A stretch of DNA of 64,000 bases from NCBI RefSeq assembly GCF_035626535.1, contig NZ_DASPNO010000053.1, positions 12,994 to 76,993 of the forward strand, written 5' to 3'. The position numbers and the translations under genes are program-made. The notes beneath the pieces were generated by a model. The model saw nothing but the letters and a program-made list of their open reading frames with translations, was not told the DNA's origin and did no database searches. The DNA comes from Brevundimonas sp. GTDB lineage: Bacteria; Pseudomonadota; Alphaproteobacteria; Caulobacterales; Caulobacteraceae. Shown in pieces: positions 17,015 through 27,300 of this stretch. Position 1 is the stretch's first letter, and every line of letters starts with the position of its first letter.

Positions 17015-18194
17015 CGGCGTCTCCCACAGCGAGCAAACCCTGGAACACCATCATGGTGATCAGTCCGACCATGGCGCCGACGACGATGATGACCAGAGGC
17101 GTGAGAACGGACAGCAGCCGTTCGATCGCTTCCTGGGCGCGAGCGCCCAGCAGCGCGGCGCCGTCGTTCAGAGCCGCGCTCACCTGCCCGGAGTGTTCGC
17201 CCATCAGGACATAGTGGATCAGGTCGGGGGGACAGGCGGGGATGCGCCGCAGCACCTCCGACAGTCGCACGCCTTCCATCAGACGCTCGTCCTGCGCCGC
17301 AAGGGCGCGGCCGAGCGAGCTTATGCTCACCGGCTCGCGGGCCAGCCGCCAGGCCGGCGCGAGGGGAACGCCGGCGTGGAGCATGACGGCGAGGCGGGCG
17401 GCGAGATTGGCGAAGACGAAGTCGCGCAGCGGCGAGCGCTTGCCGCGCATCAGCAGGCGGGCGACCCCATCGCCGGCCGAGCGCCGCACGGGCGCGAACA
17501 GCGTCATCGCGACGGCCAGACCGCCAGTCGCCGCGGCCAGAATGGGCAGCAACACCCGCACGATGACCCCGAAGGTCAGCACGGCCTGGGTCTGGGCCGG
17601 AATGTCGCCGCCCATGCCCTCGAACGCCGGCTCCAGGGAGGGGAGCACGGCGTAGGCGTAGATGGCGATCGAGCCGAGGGCGACGAGGATGACGAAGGCG
17701 GGGTAGAGGCACAGGGTGATCAGCCGCTTCTTCAGCTGATCGGCGGCGGCGAGCGACCGCGCTCCGGCGGCGAGCACCTCGCTCTGGCGACCGGAGGCCT
17801 CGCCGCCCCGGGCCAGGGCCTGCAGGAACCGGGCGGGCCCGCCGTCCGCGGCCTCGAGCGCGCGGGACAGGGGTTCGCCGGCGATCAATCGCTGTCGCAC
17901 CTCGCGGGCGATCGCGCTCATGCGTGGGGTTTCCCGCGTCTCCAGCAGGGCCAAGGCCTGGGCCAGCGCCATGCCGCTGGTCATCAGCTGGGCCAGGTCG
18001 CGGCCGAACCGCGCCGCCTCGGCGTCGGTCAGGCGCAACCCACCCCGCTGCTGCAGCAGGGTCGGCTGGATGGTGAGCGGGTGAAGGCGCGCCTCCACCA
18101 GACGATCGCGCAGGGCGGCCGCGCCCGGCGCATAACTGACCCCGCGCAGGCGGCGTCCGTCCGGGCCGAGCGCGGTATAGCGAAAGGCCTTCAT
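17004..18194 (-). CDS. gspF: T2SS inner membrane platform protein
   Basis: MKAFRYTALGPDGRRLRG, LAQLMTSGMAL, GEASG, LYPAF, GEHSG, LTPLVIIVVG. Confidence 0.92.
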   Translation of the reverse strand: MKAFRYTALGPDGRRLRGVSYAPGAAALRDRLVEARLHPLTIQPTLLQQRGGLRLTDAEAARFGRDLAQLMTSGMALAQALALLETRETPRMSAIAREVRQRLIAGEPLSRALEAADGGPARFLQALARGGEASGRQSEVLAAGARSLAAADQLKKRLITLCLYPAFVILVALGSIAIYAYAVLPSLEPAFEGMGGDIPAQTQAVLTFGVIVRVLLPILAAATGGLAVAMTLFAPVRRSAGDGVARLLMRGKRSPLRDFVFANLAARLAVMLHAGVPLAPAWRLAREPVSISSLGRALAAQDERLMEGVRLSEVLRRIPACPPDLIHYVLMGEHSGQVSAALNDGAALLGARAQEAIERLLSVLTPLVIIVVGAMVGLITMMVFQGLLAVGDAVAS

Positions 18195-19888
18195 CGGTCG
18201 GCGACGCGCCAGGCGTCGCCCCAGTCGAGCAGACCTTCCGCCGATTGTTCGAGCGCGTCCTGTCGCAAGGTGGCGTAGCCGGGCTGGTCGACCAGGTGTC
18301 GGCGCAGGATCGAGGCGTGGGCGCCCGCGCCGATCAACTCGCCCAGTTCGGGCGTGCAGACCATGAGTTCGCTCACCGCCCTCCGGCCGCGGCGCCCGGC
18401 CCCGCCGCAGGCGGGACAACCCTGCGCCCGTCCCACCAAGGACGGCCGCAGGGACAATCCGGCCTCACCCAGGGCGGCGGTTTCATCGGCGTCCAGCGGG
18501 CTGGTCGTCTTGCAGGCCTGGCAGAGCTGGGCCACGAGGCGTTGCGCCATGACCCCGATCAGGGCGTCGCCGAGCAGATAGCGCTCGACCCCCATGTCGA
18601 TGAGCCGCGACGGCGTGGTGGCCGCATCGTTGGTGTGCACGGTGGCGAGCACCAGATGGCCGGTCAGACTCGCTTGCACGGCCAGGCGTGCGGTTTCCGT
18701 GTCGCGGATCTCGCCGACCAGGATGACGTCGGGGTCGTGACGCAGAAAGGACCGCAGGGCGGTCGAGAAGGTGAAGCCGGCCGCCTCATTGACTTGGCTC
18801 TGCAGGATGTCCTCGAAGACGTATTCGACCGGATCCTCGACGGTGAGGATCTTGTTCCGGGCCGAGGCCAGTTGGCGCAACCCAGCGTAGAGGGTGGTCG
18901 TCTTGCCGCTGCCGGTGGGGCCGGTGACCAGCAACAGGCCGTGGCCGCGCATAAGGAGCTGGCTAAGGCCGGCGGCGACCGGGAGCCGCAGGCCAAGCCG
19001 CTCAAGGGAATAGTCGACGTCGCGCCGGGTGAGCAGGCGAACGACAAGGGATTCGCCGAACACCGTCGGCGCCGTCGAGATGCGGACATCGACCGGGACG
19101 CCGCGGACATTGATCGTGGTGCGCCCGTCCTGTGGGGCGCGGCGCTCGGCGACATCGAGGTCGGAGAGGACCTTGATCCGGGCGATCAGGGCCGGCCCGA
19201 TGTCGACGCCGAGCCGTTCCTGATCCTGCAAGGCGCCGTCGATCCTGAAGCGCACCCGGGTGTGGTCGCTCTTCTGCTCGACATGCACGTCCGAGGCGTT
19301 GAGCAGGAAGGCGCGCTCGAGGATCTGTTCGGAGAGACGAACGACCGGGGCGTCCCGGGCAATGTCCTTCAGCCGCTCGGCGTCATCCAGCCAGGTGGCC
19401 GCGGCGGCGGCCGGCCGCGCGGTCTCGGCGGCGGGTTCGGCCACGTCCTGCACGCGCCGCCAAGCGCTGAGCGTGATGGTGCGCACGGGGATGTCGCGGC
19501 CGAGCGCGAAGCGCAGCGCCTCGCGGGTGGTTTCGTCCCCGGGGTCGACCAGGCCGAGGCACCAGCCGCCCTCTTCGTCGGACATGGCGACGGCATAGCG
19601 ATCCTGCAGGAACCGCACGCTGAGACCCGGCAACTCCAGCCGCTCGATCGGAACGCCGTCGGGCCAACGCGGCGCGTCATGCAGGGCGCTGCAGGCCTCG
19701 GCGATCGCCTCTTCGGTGGCCAGGCCGAGCAGGCTCAAGGCCACGGCCAGCGGCTGACCCGAACTGGCGCTGGCGCGCTGGGCGCGGGCGAGGGCGCTGC
19801 CGCCCAACTGAAGGGCCTCGGCCAGGACCGACCGGGTGTCGGCGGGCGCCGGCAGCTCGAACTCGTCGACAGGTGTAGGTCTAACCAT
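18191..19888 (-). CDS. gspE: T2SS ATPase
   Basis: ASDVHVE, RFRIDG, QDGR, TGPTGSGKTTTLY, TVEDPVEY, LRHDPDVILVGEIRD, LTGHLVLATVHTN, CxxC motifs. Confidence 0.95.
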   Translation of the reverse strand: MVRPTPVDEFELPAPADTRSVLAEALQLGGSALARAQRASASSGQPLAVALSLLGLATEEAIAEACSALHDAPRWPDGVPIERLELPGLSVRFLQDRYAVAMSDEEGGWCLGLVDPGDETTREALRFALGRDIPVRTITLSAWRRVQDVAEPAAETARPAAAAATWLDDAERLKDIARDAPVVRLSEQILERAFLLNASDVHVEQKSDHTRVRFRIDGALQDQERLGVDIGPALIARIKVLSDLDVAERRAPQDGRTTINVRGVPVDVRISTAPTVFGESLVVRLLTRRDVDYSLERLGLRLPVAAGLSQLLMRGHGLLLVTGPTGSGKTTTLYAGLRQLASARNKILTVEDPVEYVFEDILQSQVNEAAGFTFSTALRSFLRHDPDVILVGEIRDTETARLAVQASLTGHLVLATVHTNDAATTPSRLIDMGVERYLLGDALIGVMAQRLVAQLCQACKTTSPLDADETAALGEAGLSLRPSLVGRAQGCPACGGAGRRGRRAVSELMVCTPELGELIGAGAHASILRRHLVDQPGYATLRQDALEQSAEGLLDWGDAWRVADR

Positions 19889-19961
19889 ATGAAACGCCGT
19901 GGACTCGGCTCCGCTCCCCCCTATAGTCGATCATGAGTAGCGTGTTGGTTCGGGGGGAGCC

Positions 19962-20420
19962 ATGGAGAAATCAGCCGAGGGCGCGAGACGAACCGCGCGC
20001 ATCCGCCGGGCGGGCTACACCCTCACCGAAATGCTGGTGGTACTGGTCATCATCGGCCTGATCAGCGCCATCGTCGTGCCCCAGACCCTCGGACAGATGG
20101 ACCGCGCCAAGGTACGGGCCGCCCGCCTGAAGATGGAGAGCGTGGCCGCCGCGCTGGAGATGTATTCCGCCGACTTGGCGCGCTATCCGACCCGCGAGGA
20201 GGGGCTGGACGCCCTCATGGATCCGCCCGAGGGCGTCGCCGAATGGGCGGGCCCCTACCTGTCGGATCCCGCGCTGACCAAGGATCCGTGGGGTCGCGCC
20301 ATCGTCTATGCGCCGCCCGCCGCGGCGGGAGACCGGTTCACCCTGACCAGCTACGGCGCCGACGGCGCCCCCGGCGGCGCCGGTTTCAAGCGCGACATCG
20401 TCCTGGGAACGGCCCGATGA
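19962..20420 (+). CDS. gspG: Major pseudopilin
   Basis: AG|YTLTEMLVVLVIIGL, YPTREEGL, WAGPYL, DPWGRAIVY, SYGADG. Confidence 0.93.
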   Translation: MEKSAEGARRTARIRRAGYTLTEMLVVLVIIGLISAIVVPQTLGQMDRAKVRAARLKMESVAAALEMYSADLARYPTREEGLDALMDPPEGVAEWAGPYLSDPALTKDPWGRAIVYAPPAAAGDRFTLTSYGADGAPGGAGFKRDIVLGTAR

Positions 20421-22444
20421 AGATCGCCACGCGCGCCCTTGTCGCGGCCGGTCTCGGCTTGCTCGCCGCCTGCGAGACCCCGCGGAGCATCCGTCCGGAT
20501 CTGGCGGTCATTCCGCAAAGCCGCCCCGCCGCTCCCGCTTCCGTTCCCGATCCGGCCCAGACGCCGGAGACCGCCGATGACCTGGCCTGGCGGATCGAGA
20601 GCGAGGCGCGGGTGCCGGCGTCGCCGGCGGTTGAGCGTTCGCCCGTGCGGACCTTCAATGTCGTGTTCGATCAGGCGCCGGTCGCCGCCGTCGCCGACGC
20701 GATCCTGGGGCAGACCCTGCGGCGCTCCTTCCGCATCGACCCGTCGGTGCAGGGCGCCCTGACCCTCAGCCTGACAGGTCGCATGAGCGAGGCCGAGGCG
20801 CTCGCCAGCTTCGATCGCGCCCTTCGCAGCCTCAACGCCGCCCTTGTCGCCGAGGGAGGCGGCTACGCCATCGTGCCCGCCGCCCAGGCGTCGCGACTGA
20901 ACGCCCCGCCCGTCGTCGCCCGGGAAGGGGTCGACGCCTTGGCCGGTACGGCCGTCTATCAGGCGAGATCGATCGGCGCGGCCGAGATCGCCCGCCTGCT
21001 GGAGCCGCTGGCCGGGGAGGGGGCCACCGTGCGGGCCGATCCCGCCCGCGAGCAGCTGTACATTTCCGGAGACCCGACCACGGTGAACGCCCTGGTGCGC
21101 ACCGCGCGGTCGCTCGACGTGGACTGGCTCGAAGGCAAAAGCCTGCAGTTCTTTCCCGTCCGGCACGCCACCCCGGCCGACATCGCCTCCGAAATCCGTC
21201 AGGTCTTCGGGGGGGCGGACGGCCCTATGGGCAACCAGATCCAGTTCATCGAGCTCGGTCGGCTGAACGGCTTGTTGGTCATCGCCCGCTCGACCGCCGG
21301 GCTCGATCGGGCGGCGGAATGGATCCAGCGCTTCGACCGCGCGCCGCCGCCGGCCGCGCGCCGTCTGCGTTCGATCCCGTTGGCCAACCTGGAGGCCGAC
21401 CAGTTCGTCACCACCCTGTCGTCTCTGCTCGGGACGGGGACGGCGGGCGCACCTGGGGCCACGGCGGCAGGGGAGTCCCCGTCCGCGGCGACGGCGCCCG
21501 CGTCCGCGGAGGGTTCGTCTCCCCTCGCCGGGTCGTCAGGCGCGGGGATGGCCGGGGCCCTGCGGCTGACCGCGGACGCGCGAACCAATTCCCTGATCCT
21601 GCTCGCAGACGACGCGGAATACCGCAACGTGCTGGACATTGTGCGCGAGCTCGACGCGCCGCCGCCGCAGGTGCTCATCGAGGCGACGATCGCCGAGGTG
21701 ACGCTGAACGACCGGCTGCGCTTTGGCGTGCAATGGTTCTTTGACGACGGCGACCTGACCGGCGGCTTCTCCTCGGGCGCCAATGATGACGCCGCGCCCG
21801 GCTTCCCTGGCCTCTCCGTCCGCTACCTGAACCTCGACGTTCGCGCCGTGCTGAACGCGCTCTCGACCGTCACCGACGTGCAGCTGATCTCCACGCCGCG
21901 CATCCTGGTGCTCTCCAACGAAAGCGCCGAACTGCAGGTCGGGGACCAGGTGCCGATCATCACTCAGACGGCGGTCGGGTTGAACGACGACAGCCGCATC
22001 GTCAACAGCGTGCAGTACCGGGACACCGGGGTGGTCCTGTCGGTGACGCCGCGGGTGACCGAGAGCGGGCGCATGTTCATCCAGATCGAACAGGAAGTGA
22101 GCGAGGTGTCCGGCACGACCTCGTCGGACATCGACTCGCCGACCATCCAGCAGCGGCGCTTGAGCACCCGCATCCAGGTCGAGGACGGGCAGCTCGTCGT
22201 GCTCGGTGGACTCCTTCGCTCCAGCCGCAGCCTGGGCGACACCGGCGTGCCGTACCTGAGCCGCATCCCGGCGCTCGGCGCGCTGTTCCGCTCGCGCGAC
22301 ACGACCGAGCGGCAGACCGAGCTGGTGATGTTCCTGCGTCCGACGGTGATCCGCGCCCGTTCGGACATCGACGCGGTCTCCGCTGAGATGGTGGCGCGGC
22401 TGCAGGCGCTGGGACTACCGGTTGAGACGCCCGTCGAGCCCTGA
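20417..22444 (+). CDS. gspD: T2SS secretin with lipoprotein signal
   Basis: MKIATRALVAAGLGLLAAC; TNSLIL, QVLIEATIAEV, QVGDQVPI, QYRDTGVVLSVTPRV, GVPYLSRIPALGALF. Confidence 0.93.
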   Translation: MKIATRALVAAGLGLLAACETPRSIRPDLAVIPQSRPAAPASVPDPAQTPETADDLAWRIESEARVPASPAVERSPVRTFNVVFDQAPVAAVADAILGQTLRRSFRIDPSVQGALTLSLTGRMSEAEALASFDRALRSLNAALVAEGGGYAIVPAAQASRLNAPPVVAREGVDALAGTAVYQARSIGAAEIARLLEPLAGEGATVRADPAREQLYISGDPTTVNALVRTARSLDVDWLEGKSLQFFPVRHATPADIASEIRQVFGGADGPMGNQIQFIELGRLNGLLVIARSTAGLDRAAEWIQRFDRAPPPAARRLRSIPLANLEADQFVTTLSSLLGTGTAGAPGATAAGESPSAATAPASAEGSSPLAGSSGAGMAGALRLTADARTNSLILLADDAEYRNVLDIVRELDAPPPQVLIEATIAEVTLNDRLRFGVQWFFDDGDLTGGFSSGANDDAAPGFPGLSVRYLNLDVRAVLNALSTVTDVQLISTPRILVLSNESAELQVGDQVPIITQTAVGLNDDSRIVNSVQYRDTGVVLSVTPRVTESGRMFIQIEQEVSEVSGTTSSDIDSPTIQQRRLSTRIQVEDGQLVVLGGLLRSSRSLGDTGVPYLSRIPALGALFRSRDTTERQTELVMFLRPTVIRARSDIDAVSAEMVARLQALGLPVETPVEP

Positions 22445-23087
22445 CCCGAGAGGGCGGGAGGGCTATGTCTCCCTCCTAGCGATCTCGTTTGCCACCGGCC
22501 TCGCCCTGTTCGGCGGCGCGCTGGCCGTCGGGCTGCAGGCCTATCTCGCCGCCGCGGCCGACGAGGCACGCGAGATCCGAACCCGCATCGCCCTGGAGAG
22601 CGCCGTCGCCGCCGCGCTCGGTCGCCTCACCGCCGGCCAGTCTGCGGCGCTCGAGCAGCCGGCGGAGGCCTCGGGCAAGCCCGACATCCTGATCTCGCTT
22701 GTGAGCGCCAAGGCCGATTCGGCGGCGGACGATCTCGAAGTCGTACGGGCAGCCTTGGCGCAAGCGGGTGTGGAAATGACTGGATCGGTCGACCCGAGCG
22801 AGACGCCGGATATGGCCTCACTCTCGAGGCGGCTACGGTTGAACGCGGCCGCCGAGGATTGCCTGCGACGCGCCCTGACCTATGGCCGTGCCCCGGCGGT
22901 GCGGGCCGAGGCCGTCGCCATCTCCGCCATCCAGGGCGTCTCCGCCGGAGATCAGCTCGATGTCCGGGCCCGTCTGCAAACCGAGGATGGCGAGCGGGCG
23001 CTGTGGGTCCGGGCCCGCTTCACGGGCCGGGCCGATGGCTGGGTGGTGCATGACTACCGGCGGCTGACCGGGCCGTTCACCTGCTAA
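22422..23087 (+). CDS. GspK-like minor pseudopilin (short)
   Basis: REG|YVSLLAISF (no Glu5, as in GspK), ALESAVAAAL. Confidence 0.6.
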   Translation: MRRPSSPDPRGREGYVSLLAISFATGLALFGGALAVGLQAYLAAAADEAREIRTRIALESAVAAALGRLTAGQSAALEQPAEASGKPDILISLVSAKADSAADDLEVVRAALAQAGVEMTGSVDPSETPDMASLSRRLRLNAAAEDCLRRALTYGRAPAVRAEAVAISAIQGVSAGDQLDVRARLQTEDGERALWVRARFTGRADGWVVHDYRRLTGPFTC

Positions 23088-23090
23088 TCG

Positions 23091-23894
23091 TCAGGGGCCG
23101 ACCTCGCACTGGTTCTCGCTGGTCGGAACGCATTCCTCGCCCAGGCCGACCTCGACGGTGACCAGGCCGGTGTCGGTCCCGCCGTGGCCGTCGCTGACGG
23201 TGTAGGTGAACGAATAGGAGCCGGCCGTGGCCGGCGCCATGTAATCCACATAGCCGCCGCCGCTGGGTATGGTGGCGGACCCGCCGGTCACGTTCGACAC
23301 GCCGGTGACGGTCAGGGTGTGGCCGTTGGCGTCGGTGTCGTTCGAGAGGACGAAGATCGACTGGGACAGGCTGACCGTGGTGCTGGCGGTGTCGTCGATG
23401 GCAACCGGCGCCGCGTTGGCCGACGATACGGTCACCGTCACGGTCGCCGTCGCCGTGCCGCCCGCGTTGTCCGAAATCGTGTAGGTGAAGTTATAGGTCC
23501 CGACCGCGGCCGGCGCCGTATAGCGGACATAGGTCTGGCCGCCCTGGATGACGACGCTTCCGCCGCTGGGCGTCCCGACCTGGATGACCGTCAAGCTGTT
23601 GCCGTCGGGATCGCTGTCGTTGGCGCGAACGGAAATGTTGACGCTGGCGGAGGCGCTGACGGAGGCCGTGTCGTTGACGGCGACCGGCGGCGAATTGGGC
23701 GGTTGCGAGGTGACGATCTGGGTGCGGTTGCCGGCGGCGTCGTAGCGATACTGGATGACGACGCCGTTGGAATAGATGGCTTTGATCAGCCGCCCCGAGC
23801 TGTCGTAAACGTATTGCACATCGGCTGAGGCCGGCACCGCGGCGAACAAGGCCAAAGCCGTGACGCCAACCTTGAGGAGTGATCGCAGGGTCAT
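23091..23894 (-). CDS. Secreted protein: signal peptide + YD-repeat hairpin + two cadherin/Ig-like (Big_9-type) domains
   Basis: ALFAAVPASA|D; YVYDSSGRL...YRYDAAGNRT; twice PVA.DD...NDxDxxG...FTYT.SD.xGG. Confidence 0.85.
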   Translation of the reverse strand: MTLRSLLKVGVTALALFAAVPASADVQYVYDSSGRLIKAIYSNGVVIQYRYDAAGNRTQIVTSQPPNSPPVAVNDTASVSASASVNISVRANDSDPDGNSLTVIQVGTPSGGSVVIQGGQTYVRYTAPAAVGTYNFTYTISDNAGGTATATVTVTVSSANAAPVAIDDTASTTVSLSQSIFVLSNDTDANGHTLTVTGVSNVTGGSATIPSGGGYVDYMAPATAGSYSFTYTVSDGHGGTDTGLVTVEVGLGEECVPTSENQCEVGP

Positions 23895-24253
23895 TGCGTG
23901 GCCGGCTCCGAACGGTTGGCCGCCGCCAGGGTCGGCGAGAGGTCGGCCTGCATGGCTGCCGCCGCGGACTGACTGGCGCGCCACTCCTGATCGGTCGGCA
24001 GGCGGGGCGGCCCGGGCTGGCGATCCGGCTGAAGCACGACCCAGAGAGAGCCGGCGATCAGAACGGTCAAGGCTCCAGCGACGCCGGCGCGCGGCCAGGA
24101 AACGGCCGCCGCGCGGTCCCTCCAGCTGACGGCGCCGGCCCAGCGATTCCCGTCGAACGTCAGGCGGGCTTCATGTTCGAGCCAGGCGACCCCGCTGCGG
24201 ATTCCGCGCCCGGTTCCGTCCAGCCACTGTGCGGCCCGCGCCCGAATGTTCAC
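23891..24253 (-). CDS. Hypothetical single-TM protein
   Basis: AGVAGALTVLIAGSLWVVL; ATGA overlap with the downstream YD/Ig gene. Confidence 0.6.
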   Translation of the reverse strand: MNIRARAAQWLDGTGRGIRSGVAWLEHEARLTFDGNRWAGAVSWRDRAAAVSWPRAGVAGALTVLIAGSLWVVLQPDRQPGPPRLPTDQEWRASQSAAAAMQADLSPTLAAANRSEPATQ

Positions 24254-24396
24254 TCACGCCTCCCCCGAAACAGGAAGACTAAAGCCCAGCTTCCCACAGG
24301 CGTAAAGCGCCATCCAACCCATGGTGGAGATTTCACCTTTTCATCCCGCCTTCGGCGTGGTCCACCTAAGCGGCGCAATCACGTCGGGGGACGGCT

Positions 24397-27300
24397 GTGA
24401 AGTTTTGGGTGGATCGCATCAGGCCTGCGGGCCGCGTCCTGACCGGCAAGGGCGCCGTTTTCGCCACGCTGGCCCTGGCGGCTGTCGCGATCGTCGCGTC
24501 ACTGGCGCTGCTGAAGCCCTTCGCTTGGGCGCAGACCTGGCCCGCCTACTACAACTCCGCCCAGACCCCGTCCGATCTGCCCGGCATGCGGCTCTCGCTG
24601 CAGTACAACCTGGTCTCCCCGACCAGCAGCGATCTCGTCACCGTTTACGGCACGCCTGCCTCTCCCGCAGCGCCTGCGCCCAGCGCTCGTATCGTCGCCC
24701 TGGCGCGCTCGCTGGAGAACGACCCGGACCGGATTTACCAATTCGTCCACAACAGCATCCTGTTCGAGCCGCAGTTCGGGCTGCACAAGGGGGCCGACGG
24801 GGTGCTGCTGGACGGATCGGGCGGATCCTTCGATCAGGCCCAGCTCATGGTCGAGCTGCTTCGGACGTCGAACATCCAGGCCCGCTATGTGTTCGGCACG
24901 GTCAACCTCACCGGCGCGGATGCCAAGTCGATCTTGCGGGTCGATACCGGCCGTCAGGCCTGCATCCTGCTCGCCACAGCGGGTACGCCCGCGACGATCA
25001 ACAACGGGACGACCTCGTGCGCCAATCTGGGCGCGACCCTATCCGACGTGCAGATGCTGCACGTCTGGGTCGAGGCGTTTATCGATGACCAGTGGTACGC
25101 CTTCGATCCGTCGCTGAAGACGACAACCAAAATCACCGGCGTCGATTTGTGGGCAGCGGCCGACACGAGTGCGTCGGCGGCCTGGAGCAACGTCTCCTCG
25201 GGGGTATCTGTCAGCGGCGGCGACCTGAACGGCGTCAACGCGACCCACATCGAGAACGATATGGTCGCCTACGCTATGGCGCTGCAGACCAACTTGATCA
25301 ACAACCACACGGAAAAGTCGCTGAAGCAGCTGACCGGCGGCTGGGAGATCGTCCGCACCGAGGCGGCCCCGCGCAATATCACCCTGCCGCGGCAGGCCAG
25401 CGTCTCCACCCGCTGGACCGGCGACGTGCCGACGCCCTATCGGGCCACCCTGCGGCTGCAGGCGGCGGGCTTCGATCATGTCTTCGACCTGCCGAGCATC
25501 TACGGTTGGCGAACCCAGGCGCAGTTTCGAGACGGCGTTCTACGGGTTGCCGTCCGCAAGAAGGAACACCTCGACGCTGATGCCGCGGCCTACTTCGCCG
25601 ATGAGCTGGATGGTGGTCTGTCGATCAATCCGTGCGACGGTGTTCACGTCTTTTGCGCCAACGTCCCAGGACAGCATCCGCCTGACGGGCGCCGGCTCAC
25701 CATGACCATCGACCACCCGTACGCCGCGCGCAAGACTGGGGCTCCGACAGCAAACCTGGGCACCTTCGGCGATGAAACCGTCGTTAAGCAACTGCAGGCG
25801 GGCAAGCGCGCTGACATACTCCTGCGCACAGCGGGGGGCAACGGCGGCCGCAAGGCCGCCTGGGCCGCCGCGTACGACCCTATCCAGCAGCATCGTATCG
25901 TCCCCGCCGGGCGCGACTTTGACCAGTGCTACCTGAAGCCCCCGGTCTGGAACCCGGATCTTGAGCGTTGGGAGTGGCACGTAGACAGCCCGAGCGATTG
26001 CGATGAGGCGACCGGCGTGGATTGGCGTTATTGGGTGCCGGACAGCGCCTATGGAAACGGTCCCTTCGCTACGGGAGAGGTCGCCGTCGCCGAGATGGGA
26101 ACCCGCAAGGACTCCCTGCTCAACGGCTGGACCGATCTGTTCGACGGGACCGTCGCTATCCTGGAGCCGCTGTCCGGCGCGCGCATTTTTCACCAGCATT
26201 CCATCGGCGTGGCGCTCACGACCGGTGACAATGTCCTGGATATCGAGACGTCGGTCGGCATCGCCGCCAATGGCGCCGATCAGCCGCATCATATTCTGTC
26301 GGCCCTTGCGGCCCTGGCGGTGACGGAGGAAGCGCTGGCGCTGAGCCAAAGCGGGATGGAGCGTCCGTCCTTTAAGGGCTCGCCTTTCCAGGTCATCACT
26401 GCGCCACGGCGTCTGGCGACCGGCACGGGCCTGAAAGTTCTGACGGCGCCTGGTTCGACCACGAGCCTTCCAGCAGACGTAAATGCCGACACGAAGGACA
26501 GGATCGAGGCCTATCTAACCAAGGGCTACTCCGTCGTGGCGACCACGACGGGCGGCGTGAATGCCTTCCTGGCGCGGCGCAACGATGGGTCGGAGCAGGC
26601 GTGGATCATCCGCTCTTCGGCCGAAGAGACCGGTCATGCCAATCCATTGATCGCTTTCCGTAAGGGCGCGGAGCAGGAGACCCCCAATCCGGTCGATTAT
26701 CTCGGCAAGGCGGAGTCGCGGCGGATAGCGGCCAATGTCGCCGGCTCCCTGCTCGGCGCCGTGGACCTTCGAACCGGCACACTCTCCTTCAGCGAGGGAG
26801 CCGAACTCTCGATCGGTCAGGGCGACTTCCCCTACAGCCTCAGTTTCTCGCGCAGCTATGTCTCAACCGGGCCCATGGAGGGAACAAGCGGCTTGGGCAT
26901 GGGCTGGACACACAATTGGGAGAGTTCGGTCAGCCACGCCATGGATGTCGGCACCCTGTTGCCTCAGGCCGGGACGGAGACTGCGGCGCCTATGCTGATG
27001 GCGGCGATGATCGCCCTGGAAGCGGGGCGAGCCGACACCCTCCAGGCCGCCGTTGTTTCGGGGATCGCCCTGGATTTCCTGCAGGAGCAGGTCGCCACCA
27101 ATATCGTCACCGTGAGCGGCGGGGGTCAGTCCAGCCGCTTCGTGCGCATGGTCGACGGGAGCTGGCGCAATCCGGCCTCACCGACGGAATCCATCGCGCC
27201 CGCCAGCGCGCCGTTCATCGGCGCCGATACGCGCGAGATCAACTGGACCCTGGCCGACGGGTCGGTGATGGCGTTCCGCGATGTCGAGAACCCCAGCACC

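Noticed and set aside
18245-19936. 563-aa plus-strand ORF
   Set aside because: Antisense to gspE. The same reasoning applies to the many other long overlapping ORFs, such as 37365-39155 and 58499-59686.
13939-23087. Type IV pilus or Tad system
   Set aside because: GspG-type major pseudopilin, single GspE and GspD-type secretin; no PilT or Flp/Cpa genes.
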